A DNA stretch of 32,000 bases from Nostoc sp. PCC 7120 = FACHB-418 (GCF_000009705.1 NC_003272.1:3510001-3542000), one strand, 5' to 3'. Shown: positions 8,351 to 17,795, numbered from the stretch's first letter. Program-made: numbers and translations. Notes: generated by a model from the letters alone, not told the origin.

Positions 8351-11300
8351 TTAGCGTTCATTGAGAGTCAAAGTTTGATGAATTTGAGTTAATAAGTCTT
8401 CCATTGAGATGGAACGTGGGACAATTTGGGTAGCGATCGCTTTTGCCACACCCGCGATAGATTCAGATTCCTGCTTTTTGGCATGAGTCAGTTTACTGCG
8501 AGAAGTAACTTGAGAGCGACTTAGTTGTTGGTCAATAACTAAAATCGGTGGCAAATTGCAAGGTAAATCCTGTAGTGCTTTCAAAGCTTTTACTGCTTCT
8601 GGATGGATAGCTGATTCTCCTAGACAAATCAGCAGTAAATCAACGCTATTGTGGCGAATTTGTTGTAAGACTTCTGCCCAACAGCGCGCCATTGTGGCTT
8701 TTAAGCCGGCTGTTTGTAAGTACTGAATTAAAGCTTGGAACCATTCAGTTCCCCGTTCTGCAACTTCCCCACGGCTGACAGTTTTTCTCTCTGTACCAGA
8801 AACCTTGGCTGGTTTGCGTCTAGTTTGTGGTAAATCCTCTAGCATTGCCAAGTCTACTACAAAGATGTTTGGTGGGTAGCAGATACCAGAGGCAATTTGT
8901 AGCACAGATAGTAAGGGATCTAGTTTGCCCTTGCGTAGCTCACTATCGTTATCCCTCACACGGGGTGTTAAACAAGGAAACACAGAAAGACCAGGAATTT
9001 GGGAAGCAGCCAAGGTCGTTTCTACATCACAAGTTACTAACGGTAAAGCGGCTAGGCGGGGATGCTGAGTTAATTGTTGTAGATAAGTTTGGGCTAGAGA
9101 AGTTTCTACATCCAACAAAATGACATCAAACTGCCAAACCCTAGCCAAAAGTTCGGCTTGGTCTAAATCATCCACCTCAATCACCCGGTGTTCCTGTAGT
9201 GAAGGATGGGGATTGATAGATTCCAGTTCCGCATCAACTAACCGCAGAATCCTTAGAGTCTTTTTTGATTGATTCTTTTCATTAATCCCTAAACCTAGTG
9301 ACTGCACCGTCGGTTTGCCACATAGTTTATCTAACAATGGTGTTAGAGATTGCTGCTCTACTGGCAAGCTGAGGAAACCATCGGCGCGGTTAGCAAAGGC
9401 TATGTCTTTTTCTGCGCCTGTAGCAGTGACAACTACCGGAATATGACGAGTTGCACCATCGGATTTTAGCAAAGTCAGCACATCCCAACCAGACAGCAAA
9501 GGTAACAGGGGATTTAAAAAGATGGCTTTCGGTTGCAAACGCCTGGCTTTTTCCACAGCTTCTGTTCCTGAGCGCGCAATTACTACTCGATAGCCTAAAG
9601 TTTTGAGTTGGTCTGTCAAGTCTTCTATATATCGGGCTACGGCTTCCACTACCAAGACTAATCTTTGGGAGGAAATATTATGATTTTGCCCAGTATTAGT
9701 TACCCGATTGCGGGTGTTGGTGTTGGCGGTGGGTATATCTTCCACCACCGTTTCCGACTCAGCAAAACCACTGCTGGGTGGGCTAGGTGGTAACAACAAG
9801 GTAAATTGACTGCCTTTACCTTCCCGCGACAAAAAGCTGACATCGCCGCCGTGGAGACGAGCTAAAGCCCTAGTTAAGACCAATCCTAAGCCTGTACCTT
9901 CAAATTGGCGGGTGAGGGGATTTTCTAATTGTTGGAACTTTTGAAAGATTAAATGTTGTTGGTGTTCGGGAATACCAATTCCTGTATCCCAAACTGTAAA
10001 GGCAATCCATCCTTCCCAGTGACTGACTCTTAAGCCAATTTCGCCGGATATTTCTGTAAATTTGAAAGCGTTAGATAACAGGTGAACCAGCATTTGGCGC
10101 AGACGCAACTCATCAGCCACTATCTGGTCTAAGTCCAGTTCCATTGAAAGGGTAAATTCAGGAGTAGATTGGCGAGTGGCTTCTGTGGTGCTGCCTTTAC
10201 TAGTTTGATTATGGATCGCTTTGGCTTCTGAAAGAGCGCGATCGCACACAGCCCTAATACTCACTGGTACTGGGGTCAATTCCATTTGCCCTGTTTCCAT
10301 GCGGGTTAAATCCAAAATGTCATTCACCACGCTCATCAGGTGGCGACCACTTTGGTGAATTAGCCCCGCATAACGAGCTTGGCGTTCGTTGAGTTCCCCC
10401 AATTGCTGGTCTACCAACAACCGCGATAAGCCCAAAACTGCTGTTAAGGGTGTTTTCAATTCATGACTGATACAAGCTAAAAATTCATCTTTTAAGCGAT
10501 TTAACTGAATGAGATCAGCATTTTTGGCAGCAAGTTCTTTACAAAGTTGCTGCTGTTCTGTGACATCCGTCGCCAACACCAGCCATAAATCATCGGTGTT
10601 GGGCAATTTTAAATCGGTATTATCTAACAGAATTTTGGCAAACTGCCAAACTCGCTCCTGTCCGTTCTGTACTTCTACCACACAGGTACAAGTACCCATT
10701 TGACTATCTAAAAAGCAGCGACTAGAGCTAGTTTTGGCGCTGGTTGTTGGTTCGTAGGGTGATAGGGGTAGCAAACCTGTGGCAGGTATTTGCGCTAACT
10801 CCTCTCCTACTTGCTCATAGCCTTGAATATGATTTGTGCCTGTGGTACTTCTTTGACCAACGTATTCTGGCTGTTTAATCCTGGTAGCTGCCAAAATTGC
10901 TTCCACTTGTTGACGCACACCCTCTGGATCTTTCAAGGCTCCCAATTGTTGCCACCAAGCTAAATTTCGTGTTAACACCTCACCTGCACTGGTTTGCAAC
11001 ATTAAAGGCCAAGGTAGGCGCTCTAATAACTGTACCAATGGTTGGAGTTGGTCGCTTCTAGACGCTGGTGGTGTCTCTCGCAGAGAACGGGCGACATCCC
11101 GCAATGAACGTCGCGTTGGCGCAGCCTCTTGTAGAGATGGCGTTCCACCCCCCATAGGTGATCCCCTCAAACCAGCCTCGACACCATCTATATATGTAGA
11201 GTTAGGGGCATGAGGATGATTCGCTGTTTGCTCTTTTGCCAATGCTGCCAATAAACGCACACTGTCGAGAATACCCAAGAATTTACCTTCTCCATCAACC

Positions 11301-11776
11301 AATACATATTCCCAGTTATGGGCTTGGTGATACCGCCAGAATACGCCTAATTGCTCTACACTATGGCTGGCTGGTAATATCTGTATTGGTTCAATTAAGG
11401 CTTGACTAAAGGTTGACAGTGGCTGTTGTAAGTTTAAAAATAGTTCATTACCTGTGGCTGCTAACAACTTTCGTGCTAGCTGGCCAGAGTGCAGCAACCC
11501 AACGGGGCATTGCTGCTCATTTACTATCACCAAGCGATCGCCCAAGGCGGGGCTTCTCTTTGAGACGCTACGCGAACGCCCATCGCATTGCTGTTGCTCA
11601 AAAATCTCCAGCACCATTGCCAGAGTACTTGTTTCTAAGCAACTGGTTACATTGGCTAGAAATTCATCAAGCGGATACTGTAGCATTGACATAAGGCTTT
11701 GGGGGATCATTCTTCCTCTGAAAGCCTCTGGCTCCACCATGAGCATTGGAGCAGATAGTGTTACTGCCGGAGGCAA
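8351..11776 (-). CDS. Hybrid sensor histidine kinase: CBS pair, PAS-like region, HisKA/HATPase, then three degenerate receiver-like domains
   Basis: H-box ISHELKTPLTAVLG (His codon 10463-10465) and the ATPase motifs (G1/G2: WDTGIGIP, GTGLGL). The first C-terminal receiver fold has Asn in place of the phospho-acceptor Asp (AIFLNPLLP, Asn codon 9512-9514). Two further receiver-like segments also appear degenerate (DVILLDVETS, DLLLICLGES). The exact start is uncertain (Met at codons 1, 11 and 13). Confidence 0.85.
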   Translation of the reverse strand: MPPAVTLSAPMLMVEPEAFRGRMIPQSLMSMLQYPLDEFLANVTSCLETSTLAMVLEIFEQQQCDGRSRSVSKRSPALGDRLVIVNEQQCPVGLLHSGQLARKLLAATGNELFLNLQQPLSTFSQALIEPIQILPASHSVEQLGVFWRYHQAHNWEYVLVDGEGKFLGILDSVRLLAALAKEQTANHPHAPNSTYIDGVEAGLRGSPMGGGTPSLQEAAPTRRSLRDVARSLRETPPASRSDQLQPLVQLLERLPWPLMLQTSAGEVLTRNLAWWQQLGALKDPEGVRQQVEAILAATRIKQPEYVGQRSTTGTNHIQGYEQVGEELAQIPATGLLPLSPYEPTTSAKTSSSRCFLDSQMGTCTCVVEVQNGQERVWQFAKILLDNTDLKLPNTDDLWLVLATDVTEQQQLCKELAAKNADLIQLNRLKDEFLACISHELKTPLTAVLGLSRLLVDQQLGELNERQARYAGLIHQSGRHLMSVVNDILDLTRMETGQMELTPVPVSIRAVCDRALSEAKAIHNQTSKGSTTEATRQSTPEFTLSMELDLDQIVADELRLRQMLVHLLSNAFKFTEISGEIGLRVSHWEGWIAFTVWDTGIGIPEHQQHLIFQKFQQLENPLTRQFEGTGLGLVLTRALARLHGGDVSFLSREGKGSQFTLLLPPSPPSSGFAESETVVEDIPTANTNTRNRVTNTGQNHNISSQRLVLVVEAVARYIEDLTDQLKTLGYRVVIARSGTEAVEKARRLQPKAIFLNPLLPLLSGWDVLTLLKSDGATRHIPVVVTATGAEKDIAFANRADGFLSLPVEQQSLTPLLDKLCGKPTVQSLGLGINEKNQSKKTLRILRLVDAELESINPHPSLQEHRVIEVDDLDQAELLARVWQFDVILLDVETSLAQTYLQQLTQHPRLAALPLVTCDVETTLAASQIPGLSVFPCLTPRVRDNDSELRKGKLDPLLSVLQIASGICYPPNIFVVDLAMLEDLPQTRRKPAKVSGTERKTVSRGEVAERGTEWFQALIQYLQTAGLKATMARCWAEVLQQIRHNSVDLLLICLGESAIHPEAVKALKALQDLPCNLPPILVIDQQLSRSQVTSRSKLTHAKKQESESIAGVAKAIATQIVPRSISMEDLLTQIHQTLTLNER

Positions 11777-12617
11777 TATCTTTCAAGAAGACTCATATAA
11801 GAGATTTTGGTAGAGCTTTAACACTATTGAAACAATAGATTGGTTCTCTCGAACACTACTATTTGCATTCATTAGCTTTCAGAGCGGTGACATTTTCCTT
11901 TGCTCCTCCGAACTCTGGCAACATCAGCACGCCAGTTTTCTACAGATGTTTCAATTTTTTGTTGATAATGACGGCTAGAACAATTATGGCTCCAAACATT
12001 CGCTTTAGAACCTTGAGGAATTATAATGATTAGGAATGAGACAATACTTTAATTCCGTTTAAGTATCTTATCAGGGAGCAGAATAGGAAATCTCTACACG
12101 GATAGATATACATCTGTAAATCATGAATTAGCTAACTTATTTTGGATAATGAACAACTTTACAAAATGTAACCATTTTACTTATTTACTATTACAGATAG
12201 ACAAATGAGTAAAAAGCTATGACTCTATATTTTGACATAGAGTATCTTTTAACAATGGGATTACTAATTTAAAAAATACCAATTATTTTCACTAATTTTC
12301 ATACCTCTATGGATGACGGTGATTGCAAAATACACAAGTATGTAAATGCTACCATTAATATTGATTCTTCCACCAGATGTTAAAGAAAATTTAGATCATC
12401 CATTAAAACTAGCTACTAGTGCAGTATTACGCACATGGCCTTGGATTTTAAGGTGGTCTGCAAACATTTCCCCATCCCTCTTGTCTCTATTTCCTGCCAT
12501 CAGTACAAAAACCTATTACTTACTGAGATGGTTAAACCCAGAGACTAACGGAAATTTTTTCAGTAAATCTCCTTATTCGTATGCCAAAAGCAACAAGCAC
12601 TGTAGGTTTGTCAGCAC

Positions 12618-12926
12618 ATGACTCAAGAAGTTGATCAGCAAATATTATTGCAGCAACTCAAATCAGATTATCGCCAGATTCTTTTAAGTTACTTTACTAC
12701 AGACAAAGCATTAAAAGAAAAAATTGATAAATTTATCAATGCAGTATTTTGTGCTAATATTCCTGTGCCAGAAATTATTGAAATTCATATGGAACTAATT
12801 GATGAATTTTCTAAGCAGCTACGACTAGAGGGCAGAGGTGATGAAACTTTAATGGATTATCGCCTCACCCTGATAGATATCCTGGCTCATCTTTGTGAAG
12901 CCTATAGAGGGGCAATATTTAAATAA
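12618..12926 (+). CDS. kaiA: Circadian clock protein KaiA, short (102-aa) form comprising only the C-terminal KaiC-binding domain
   Basis: It sits directly upstream of kaiB-kaiC. The sequence (…IEIHMELIDEFSKQLRLEGRGDE…LIDILAHLCEAYR) matches the KaiA C-terminal domain. Short KaiA is characteristic of Nostoc/Anabaena. Confidence 0.9.
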   Translation: MTQEVDQQILLQQLKSDYRQILLSYFTTDKALKEKIDKFINAVFCANIPVPEIIEIHMELIDEFSKQLRLEGRGDETLMDYRLTLIDILAHLCEAYRGAIFK

Positions 12927-13031
12927 TAGGATTTCCCTACACCATAAGTGGTCACAAAAAAGAAACCTAACTGACTACAAAATTCATGAAGATACCTTAT
13001 ATTGAAATGCTTACTTCTATCATCTACCTTT

Positions 13032-13358
13032 ATGAATAAAGCCAGAAAGACATACGTCCTCAAGCTTTACGTAGCAGGCAACACACCAAATTCAGTCAGG
13101 GCGTTAAAAACACTCAAAAATATTTTAGAACAGGAGTTTCAAGGTATTTATGCCCTAAAAGTAATAGATGTGCTGAAAAACCCACAATTAGCAGAAGAAG
13201 ATAAAATATTAGCCACCCCGACATTATCAAAGATTTTACCCCCACCAGTCCGCAAAATCATTGGTGATCTTTCAGATCGGGAAAGAGTTCTGATTGGCTT
13301 AGATTTGTTGTATGAAGAACTAACAGAAGAAGATTGGGAAGCACAAAGTAATCTTTAA
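13032..13358 (+). CDS. kaiB: Circadian clock protein KaiB
   Basis: [33 protein letters not shown]... is the canonical KaiB N-terminus. The ATG at 13032 gives 108 aa; the ORF-track start at 13002 is a TTG extension. Confidence 0.95.
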
Positions 13359-13432
13359 TCTTTGGTGTTAAAAATAATTTACCAACTTTAGTCATATAAA
13401 AACTGGGGATAGCACCCCATTATTAGCAAACG

Positions 13433-14992
13433 ATGAGTGAGAAAGAGCAGCAGGAACAACAAAATACATCTGGTAATGGTGTAGAAAAAATTCGCACGAT
13501 GATTGAAGGCTTTGACGATATTAGTCATGGCGGCTTGCCCGTTGGTAGAACTACTTTAGTCAGTGGAACCTCTGGAACAGGCAAAACTTTATTATCTCTA
13601 CAGTTTCTCTTTAACGGCATCAGCTTCTTTGATGAACCAGGTGTATTTGTCACCTTTGAAGAATCGCCCAGCGACATCATCAAAAATGCTCATATTTTTG
13701 GCTGGAACTTACAACGCCTAATTAATGAGGGTAAATTATTTATTCTGGACGCATCCCCCGACCCAGAAGGTCAAGATATCGTTGGTAACTTTGACCTTTC
13801 TGCATTAATTGAGCGCTTGCAATATGCCATTCGCAAATACAAAGCCAAAAGAGTATCCATCGACTCCATCACCGCCGTATTCCAGCAGTATGAAGCAGTG
13901 GGAGTGGTGCGTCGAGAGATTTTTCGCCTAGTAGCGCGTCTCAAACAACTGAATGTCACTACAATAATTACCACCGAACGCAGCGAAGAATATGGGCCAG
14001 TAGCCTCCTTTGGTGTAGAGGAATTTGTATCCGATAACGTGGTCATAGCCCGTAACGTTTTAGAAGGAGAACGTCGCCGCCGCACCATTGAAATACTGAA
14101 ATTGCGCGGTACAACTCACATGAAAGGTGAGTATCCTTTCACAATTACCAATGATGGTGTGAACATTTTCCCATTAGGAGCAATGCGCTTGACTCAAAGG
14201 TCTTCTAATGTCCGGGTTTCTTCTGGTGTTAAAACTCTAGATGGAATGTGCGGTGGTGGGTTCTTTAAAGACTCAATTATTTTAGCCACAGGCGCTACAG
14301 GTACAGGTAAAACCCTGTTAGTGAGCAAATTTTTACAAAATGGCTGCGTCAACAACGAGCGAGCGATATTATTCGCTTATGAAGAATCACGCGCTCAACT
14401 ATCTCGGAATGCTTATTCTTGGGGTATTGATTTTGAAGAATTAGAAAGCCAAGGTTTACTGAAAATTATTTGTACCTACCCAGAATCAACTGGCTTAGAA
14501 GACCACCTGCAAATTATTAAGTCCGAAATTGCCTATTTTAAACCAGCGAGAATTGCTATTGATTCACTGTCAGCACTTGCTAGAGGTGTAAGTAATAATG
14601 CTTTCCGGCAGTTTGTTATTGGTGTCACAGGTTATGCCAAACAAGAAGAAATTACTGGCTTCTTTACTAACACAACTGACCAATTTATGGGGTCTCATTC
14701 CATAACTGACTCTCACATCTCTACAATTACCGACACAATCTTAATGCTACAGTACGTAGAGATTCGTGGGGAAATGTCAAGAGCAATTAACGTATTTAAG
14801 ATGAGAGGTTCCTGGCACGACAAAGGAATCAGAGAATATAATATCACGGCAGATGGCCCAGAAATTCAAGATTCTTTCCGTAACTACGAAAGAATTGTCA
14901 GTGGCTCTCCTACCCGCGTTAGTATTGACGAGAAAGCGGAACTTTCTCGGATAGTCAGACGTTTTGAAGACAAACAGGGTTCCGATTCCTAA
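13433..14992 (+). CDS. kaiC: Circadian clock ATPase/autokinase KaiC
   Basis: 519 aa with duplicated RecA-like halves, Walker A GTSGTGKT and GATGTGKT, and the phosphosite segment DSHISTITDTIL. Confidence 0.97.
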   Translation: MSEKEQQEQQNTSGNGVEKIRTMIEGFDDISHGGLPVGRTTLVSGTSGTGKTLLSLQFLFNGISFFDEPGVFVTFEESPSDIIKNAHIFGWNLQRLINEGKLFILDASPDPEGQDIVGNFDLSALIERLQYAIRKYKAKRVSIDSITAVFQQYEAVGVVRREIFRLVARLKQLNVTTIITTERSEEYGPVASFGVEEFVSDNVVIARNVLEGERRRRTIEILKLRGTTHMKGEYPFTITNDGVNIFPLGAMRLTQRSSNVRVSSGVKTLDGMCGGGFFKDSIILATGATGTGKTLLVSKFLQNGCVNNERAILFAYEESRAQLSRNAYSWGIDFEELESQGLLKIICTYPESTGLEDHLQIIKSEIAYFKPARIAIDSLSALARGVSNNAFRQFVIGVTGYAKQEEITGFFTNTTDQFMGSHSITDSHISTITDTILMLQYVEIRGEMSRAINVFKMRGSWHDKGIREYNITADGPEIQDSFRNYERIVSGSPTRVSIDEKAELSRIVRRFEDKQGSDS

Positions 14993-15042
14993 ATTTGGTA
15001 TCGTACTATATTCCTCTTTAAATTTAGTATCGTGCTATATTC
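14991..15042. repeat. Two 23-bp imperfect direct repeats (21/23 identical, 29-bp period) between kaiC and hgdD
   Basis: AAATTTGGTATCGTACTATATTC (14991-15013) and AAATTTAGTATCGTGCTATATTC (15020-15042). Confidence 0.75.
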
Positions 15043-15096
15043 TGTGGTGAAGAAAAGTTTTCTGCCGCCAGATTAATTTTCGTGTGAGGGGATGCG

Positions 15097-17325
15097 GTGA
15101 AAGGACAACACTTATTCTATAGTTTCTTGCCTGGTGTAACAGCAGCAGTATTGACGACTCAGCCAGCTGTGGCTGAAGCCATGAAAGTAAGTAGTGTACA
15201 ACTTGTGCCTTCTTCTAGTGTTGTGGCTACTCAAAATAGTCAAACTTTGCTAGTAGACAAAAGTCAGACACAACTGCCTAATGCTACAGTCCAGATTTTT
15301 CCAGACATCATTCCCACTTCTGGTGTGACTACACCAAATTTACAATTTTCCAGTAGTCACAGTCACCCAATAATCTTGACAGAAAATACTGGTATCGATA
15401 GAGAACAAAAATCTCGACAAGATGAAGTTAAAAATTTCCCTCTCAAATCTAAACTGACTCTTTCTCAAAGGCTAAAACAAAGGCGTTTTTCCAGCCAACA
15501 AAAACAAATTAACTCAGGGATTACTAAACCGAAATTAGTAACAAAAGTAGTTTCTACTACCTCCTCTACCCTGCTGGCTGGACAACAAACTTTTTCTCCG
15601 TCTTATTTACAAAATCCTGCGCCACAGGAAAAACTGAAAACCCAGTTACCAATGCTTTTGCAGACCAAAGCAAATCATGTCGGCGCAGCAAAACTCTTAA
15701 ATATCAGCAGTTGCTCACCACAAACTTGTCAACTGACCAAGCTAACTGGACAGCAGATAGCTCAGGGTAATACTACACAAGACCCTGCTTCTGTTCCTGT
15801 ACCGGACGAATCAACGCTAGTAGATACTCAAGCACCGACAGATACTCCTGTACCGAACGAATCAGCACCGACAGATACTCCTGTATCGACTGAATCAGCA
15901 CCAGCAGATACTCAGTCACCAAGAGTTGCACCTGTCCAGACGGAATCAGCGCCAGTCAATACTCAAGCACCTGCGGGTGCTGTAGAAGTGCCGCAAAACC
16001 TGATTCCCAATGCCAATCCTCTGCAATTTCCCACCAAACCAGAAGAAGTGACACTCAAGGAGAATCAGCCGATTACCTTGACACAAGCGCTGGAACTGGC
16101 ACGGCGGAGCAATCGGGATTTACAAGTTTCTTTGTTGGAACTGCAACGCACTCAAGCCTTGCTAAAAGAAGCACAGGCCGCTTTATTACCCAACTTATCT
16201 GTCAGTAGTGACGTTACCCGCAGTCAGTCTGCAAGCGGTCAACTTCAGGACGAATTGATTAGTAAGCAGGGAGGAGTTGGCAACAACGATGAACCTGGTA
16301 CAGCCTTTAATAGCCAAGCACAATTATCCTACGACCTTTATACTTCTGGGAGAAGGAAAGCTGCTATTCAAGAAGCTGAGGAACAGGTACGTTTTAATGA
16401 GTTGGATGTAGAGCGCCAGTCAGAAGAAATTCGCCTGAGTGTGACTAGAGCATATTACGACTTGCAACAGGCAGATGAACAAGTCCGTATTGCTCGGTCG
16501 GCTGTGGAAAATGCCCAAGCTAGCTTGCGAGATGCGGAAGCCTTAGAAAGGGCTGGGGTGGGTACTAGATTTGATGTGCTGCGATCGCAAGTAAACTTAG
16601 CTAATAACACCCAACAGCTAACAAATAACCTGTCTCGGCAACAAACGACTCGTCGTCAACTAGCAACCCTGTTAAGCGTTCCTCAGGCTGTAAATATCAG
16701 CGCTGCCGACCCTGTACAATTAGCAGGGCTGTGGAACCAATCCCTAGAACAAAGCATCATCCTCGCCTATCAAAACCGTCCCGAATTGCATCAGCAATTG
16801 GCACAAAGAAACATCAGCGAGCAACAACGCCGGCAAGCATTAGCAACCTTGGGGCCACAAGTCAGCTTTGTTGCTAACTACAACCTGCTCGATCAGTTTG
16901 ATGATGGTGTCGGTCTGACTGACGGTTATTCTGTCGGCGTGAGGGCGACCTTAAACTTGTACGATGGTGGAGCCGCTAGAGCCAGAGCATCCCAAGCTAG
17001 AGCTAATATTGCGATCGCCGAAACTCGATTTGCTAGCCAGCGAGACCAAGTCCGCTTCCAAGTAGAGCAGGCCTTTACCAACCAACGCTCCAACTTAGAA
17101 AACGTGCAAACTGCCAATGTTGCCTTAGAACAGGCTAGAGAAGCACTGCGTCTAGCGCGGTTGCGTTTCCAAGCTGGTGTAGGCACTCAAACAGATGTGA
17201 TTAACTCAGAAAATGACTTAACACAAGCTGAAGGTAACAGAATCACGGCAATTCTCGATTACAACCGCGCCTTAGCTGAACTACAACGTGCTGTCACTTC
17301 TAGAGCATTAATTAGTAGTCAGTAG
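15097..17325 (+). CDS. hgdD: TolC-like outer-membrane efflux protein with a long N-terminal extension (HgdD-like)
   Basis: GTG start preceded by GAGGGGA. Signal-peptide-like N-terminus (…QPAVAEA). The C-terminal ~430 aa show the duplicated TolC/OEP pattern (LTLTQALELARRSNRDLQ…, repeated coiled helices). The position after kaiC matches remembered alr2887 (HgdD, 742 aa) in PCC 7120. Confidence 0.85.
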   Translation: MKGQHLFYSFLPGVTAAVLTTQPAVAEAMKVSSVQLVPSSSVVATQNSQTLLVDKSQTQLPNATVQIFPDIIPTSGVTTPNLQFSSSHSHPIILTENTGIDREQKSRQDEVKNFPLKSKLTLSQRLKQRRFSSQQKQINSGITKPKLVTKVVSTTSSTLLAGQQTFSPSYLQNPAPQEKLKTQLPMLLQTKANHVGAAKLLNISSCSPQTCQLTKLTGQQIAQGNTTQDPASVPVPDESTLVDTQAPTDTPVPNESAPTDTPVSTESAPADTQSPRVAPVQTESAPVNTQAPAGAVEVPQNLIPNANPLQFPTKPEEVTLKENQPITLTQALELARRSNRDLQVSLLELQRTQALLKEAQAALLPNLSVSSDVTRSQSASGQLQDELISKQGGVGNNDEPGTAFNSQAQLSYDLYTSGRRKAAIQEAEEQVRFNELDVERQSEEIRLSVTRAYYDLQQADEQVRIARSAVENAQASLRDAEALERAGVGTRFDVLRSQVNLANNTQQLTNNLSRQQTTRRQLATLLSVPQAVNISAADPVQLAGLWNQSLEQSIILAYQNRPELHQQLAQRNISEQQRRQALATLGPQVSFVANYNLLDQFDDGVGLTDGYSVGVRATLNLYDGGAARARASQARANIAIAETRFASQRDQVRFQVEQAFTNQRSNLENVQTANVALEQAREALRLARLRFQAGVGTQTDVINSENDLTQAEGNRITAILDYNRALAELQRAVTSRALISSQ

Positions 17326-17376
17326 TCGGTAGTCAGTAGTCATTAGTCAACGGTCATTAGTCAACGGTCAACTGAC
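17314..17376. repeat. STRR heptamer array, 9 copies (AGTAGTC/ATTAGTC/AACGGTC variants), overlapping the hgdD stop
   Basis: 7-bp periodicity read directly. The last four codons and the TAG stop (17323-17325) lie inside the array. Confidence 0.9.
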
Positions 17377-17413
17377 TATAAACTATGGACTATGCACTAC
17401 TGATTATTTACTC

Positions 17414-17791
17414 ATGACTACAGTTACATCACAAGAAATAGCATTGTTTCGCTCTCAATTGGCAGACGATCTGGGGGCAATGGAGGCTTTGGACTTAATT
17501 GAGGACTGCGAAGGAGATTTAGAAGATGCGGCGATGACACTAGCCATCAAAGCAGGACAAGAACCAGAACGAGCTAACGCCGAGTGGTTAGATGCTCTGG
17601 CGAGAAAGTGGCGTGCTGTTATTTGTGAGCCAGAATTCCGTAGTGCTTTGCTTAACGGCTCAATTACCGAGATGATGGCTCATCTCAAAACCATGCCCAC
17701 ATTTCCGAATATTTTGGCAACACCAGTTTTGATATATATTCTCAAGCAAGGTGTTAATGACTTTTGTGAGCCTTTAGATGCGCTTAAGTGA
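17414..17791 (+). CDS. Hypothetical acidic 125-aa protein
   Basis: Clean ORF with an ATG start, coding-like composition and STRR arrays on both sides as for neighbouring genes. No family recognised. Confidence 0.55.
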   Translation: MTTVTSQEIALFRSQLADDLGAMEALDLIEDCEGDLEDAAMTLAIKAGQEPERANAEWLDALARKWRAVICEPEFRSALLNGSITEMMAHLKTMPTFPNILATPVLIYILKQGVNDFCEPLDALK

Positions 17792-17795
17792 GGAG

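Noticed and set aside
11948-11968. GTTTCAATTTTTTGTTGATAA resembles the CRISPR repeat with its palindromic core deleted (GTTTCAAT...TTTTGTTAG).
   Set aside because: Only about 16 AT-rich positions match. It is a single copy 3.9 kb from the array on the other side of a large gene, and is most likely chance.
11940-11999. 19-codon minus-strand mini-ORF (MFGAIIVLAVIINKKLKHL) with a TATAAT box about 25 nt upstream, resembling a type I toxin or small membrane peptide.
   Set aside because: It is too short to judge from sequence. The TATAAT may simply be the promoter of the downstream kinase. No antisense RNA or conservation can be assessed here.
12346-12621. 91-aa ORF whose TGA overlaps the kaiA ATG (ATGA), which could suggest a translationally coupled upstream gene or a remnant of the missing KaiA N-terminal domain.
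   Set aside because: The translation is Leu/Pro/Ser-rich with no receiver-like pattern. It lies in AT-rich promoter-like DNA and I recall no gene annotated here in related genomes. The ATGA overlap alone is not evidence. Alignment with full-length KaiA genes would settle it.
15084-15091. GTGAGGGG, which matches one half of the HetR-binding palindrome, just upstream of hgdD.
   Set aside because: The second half-site (CCCCTCA) is absent. The motif is placed to serve as the Shine-Dalgarno sequence for the GTG start at 15097.
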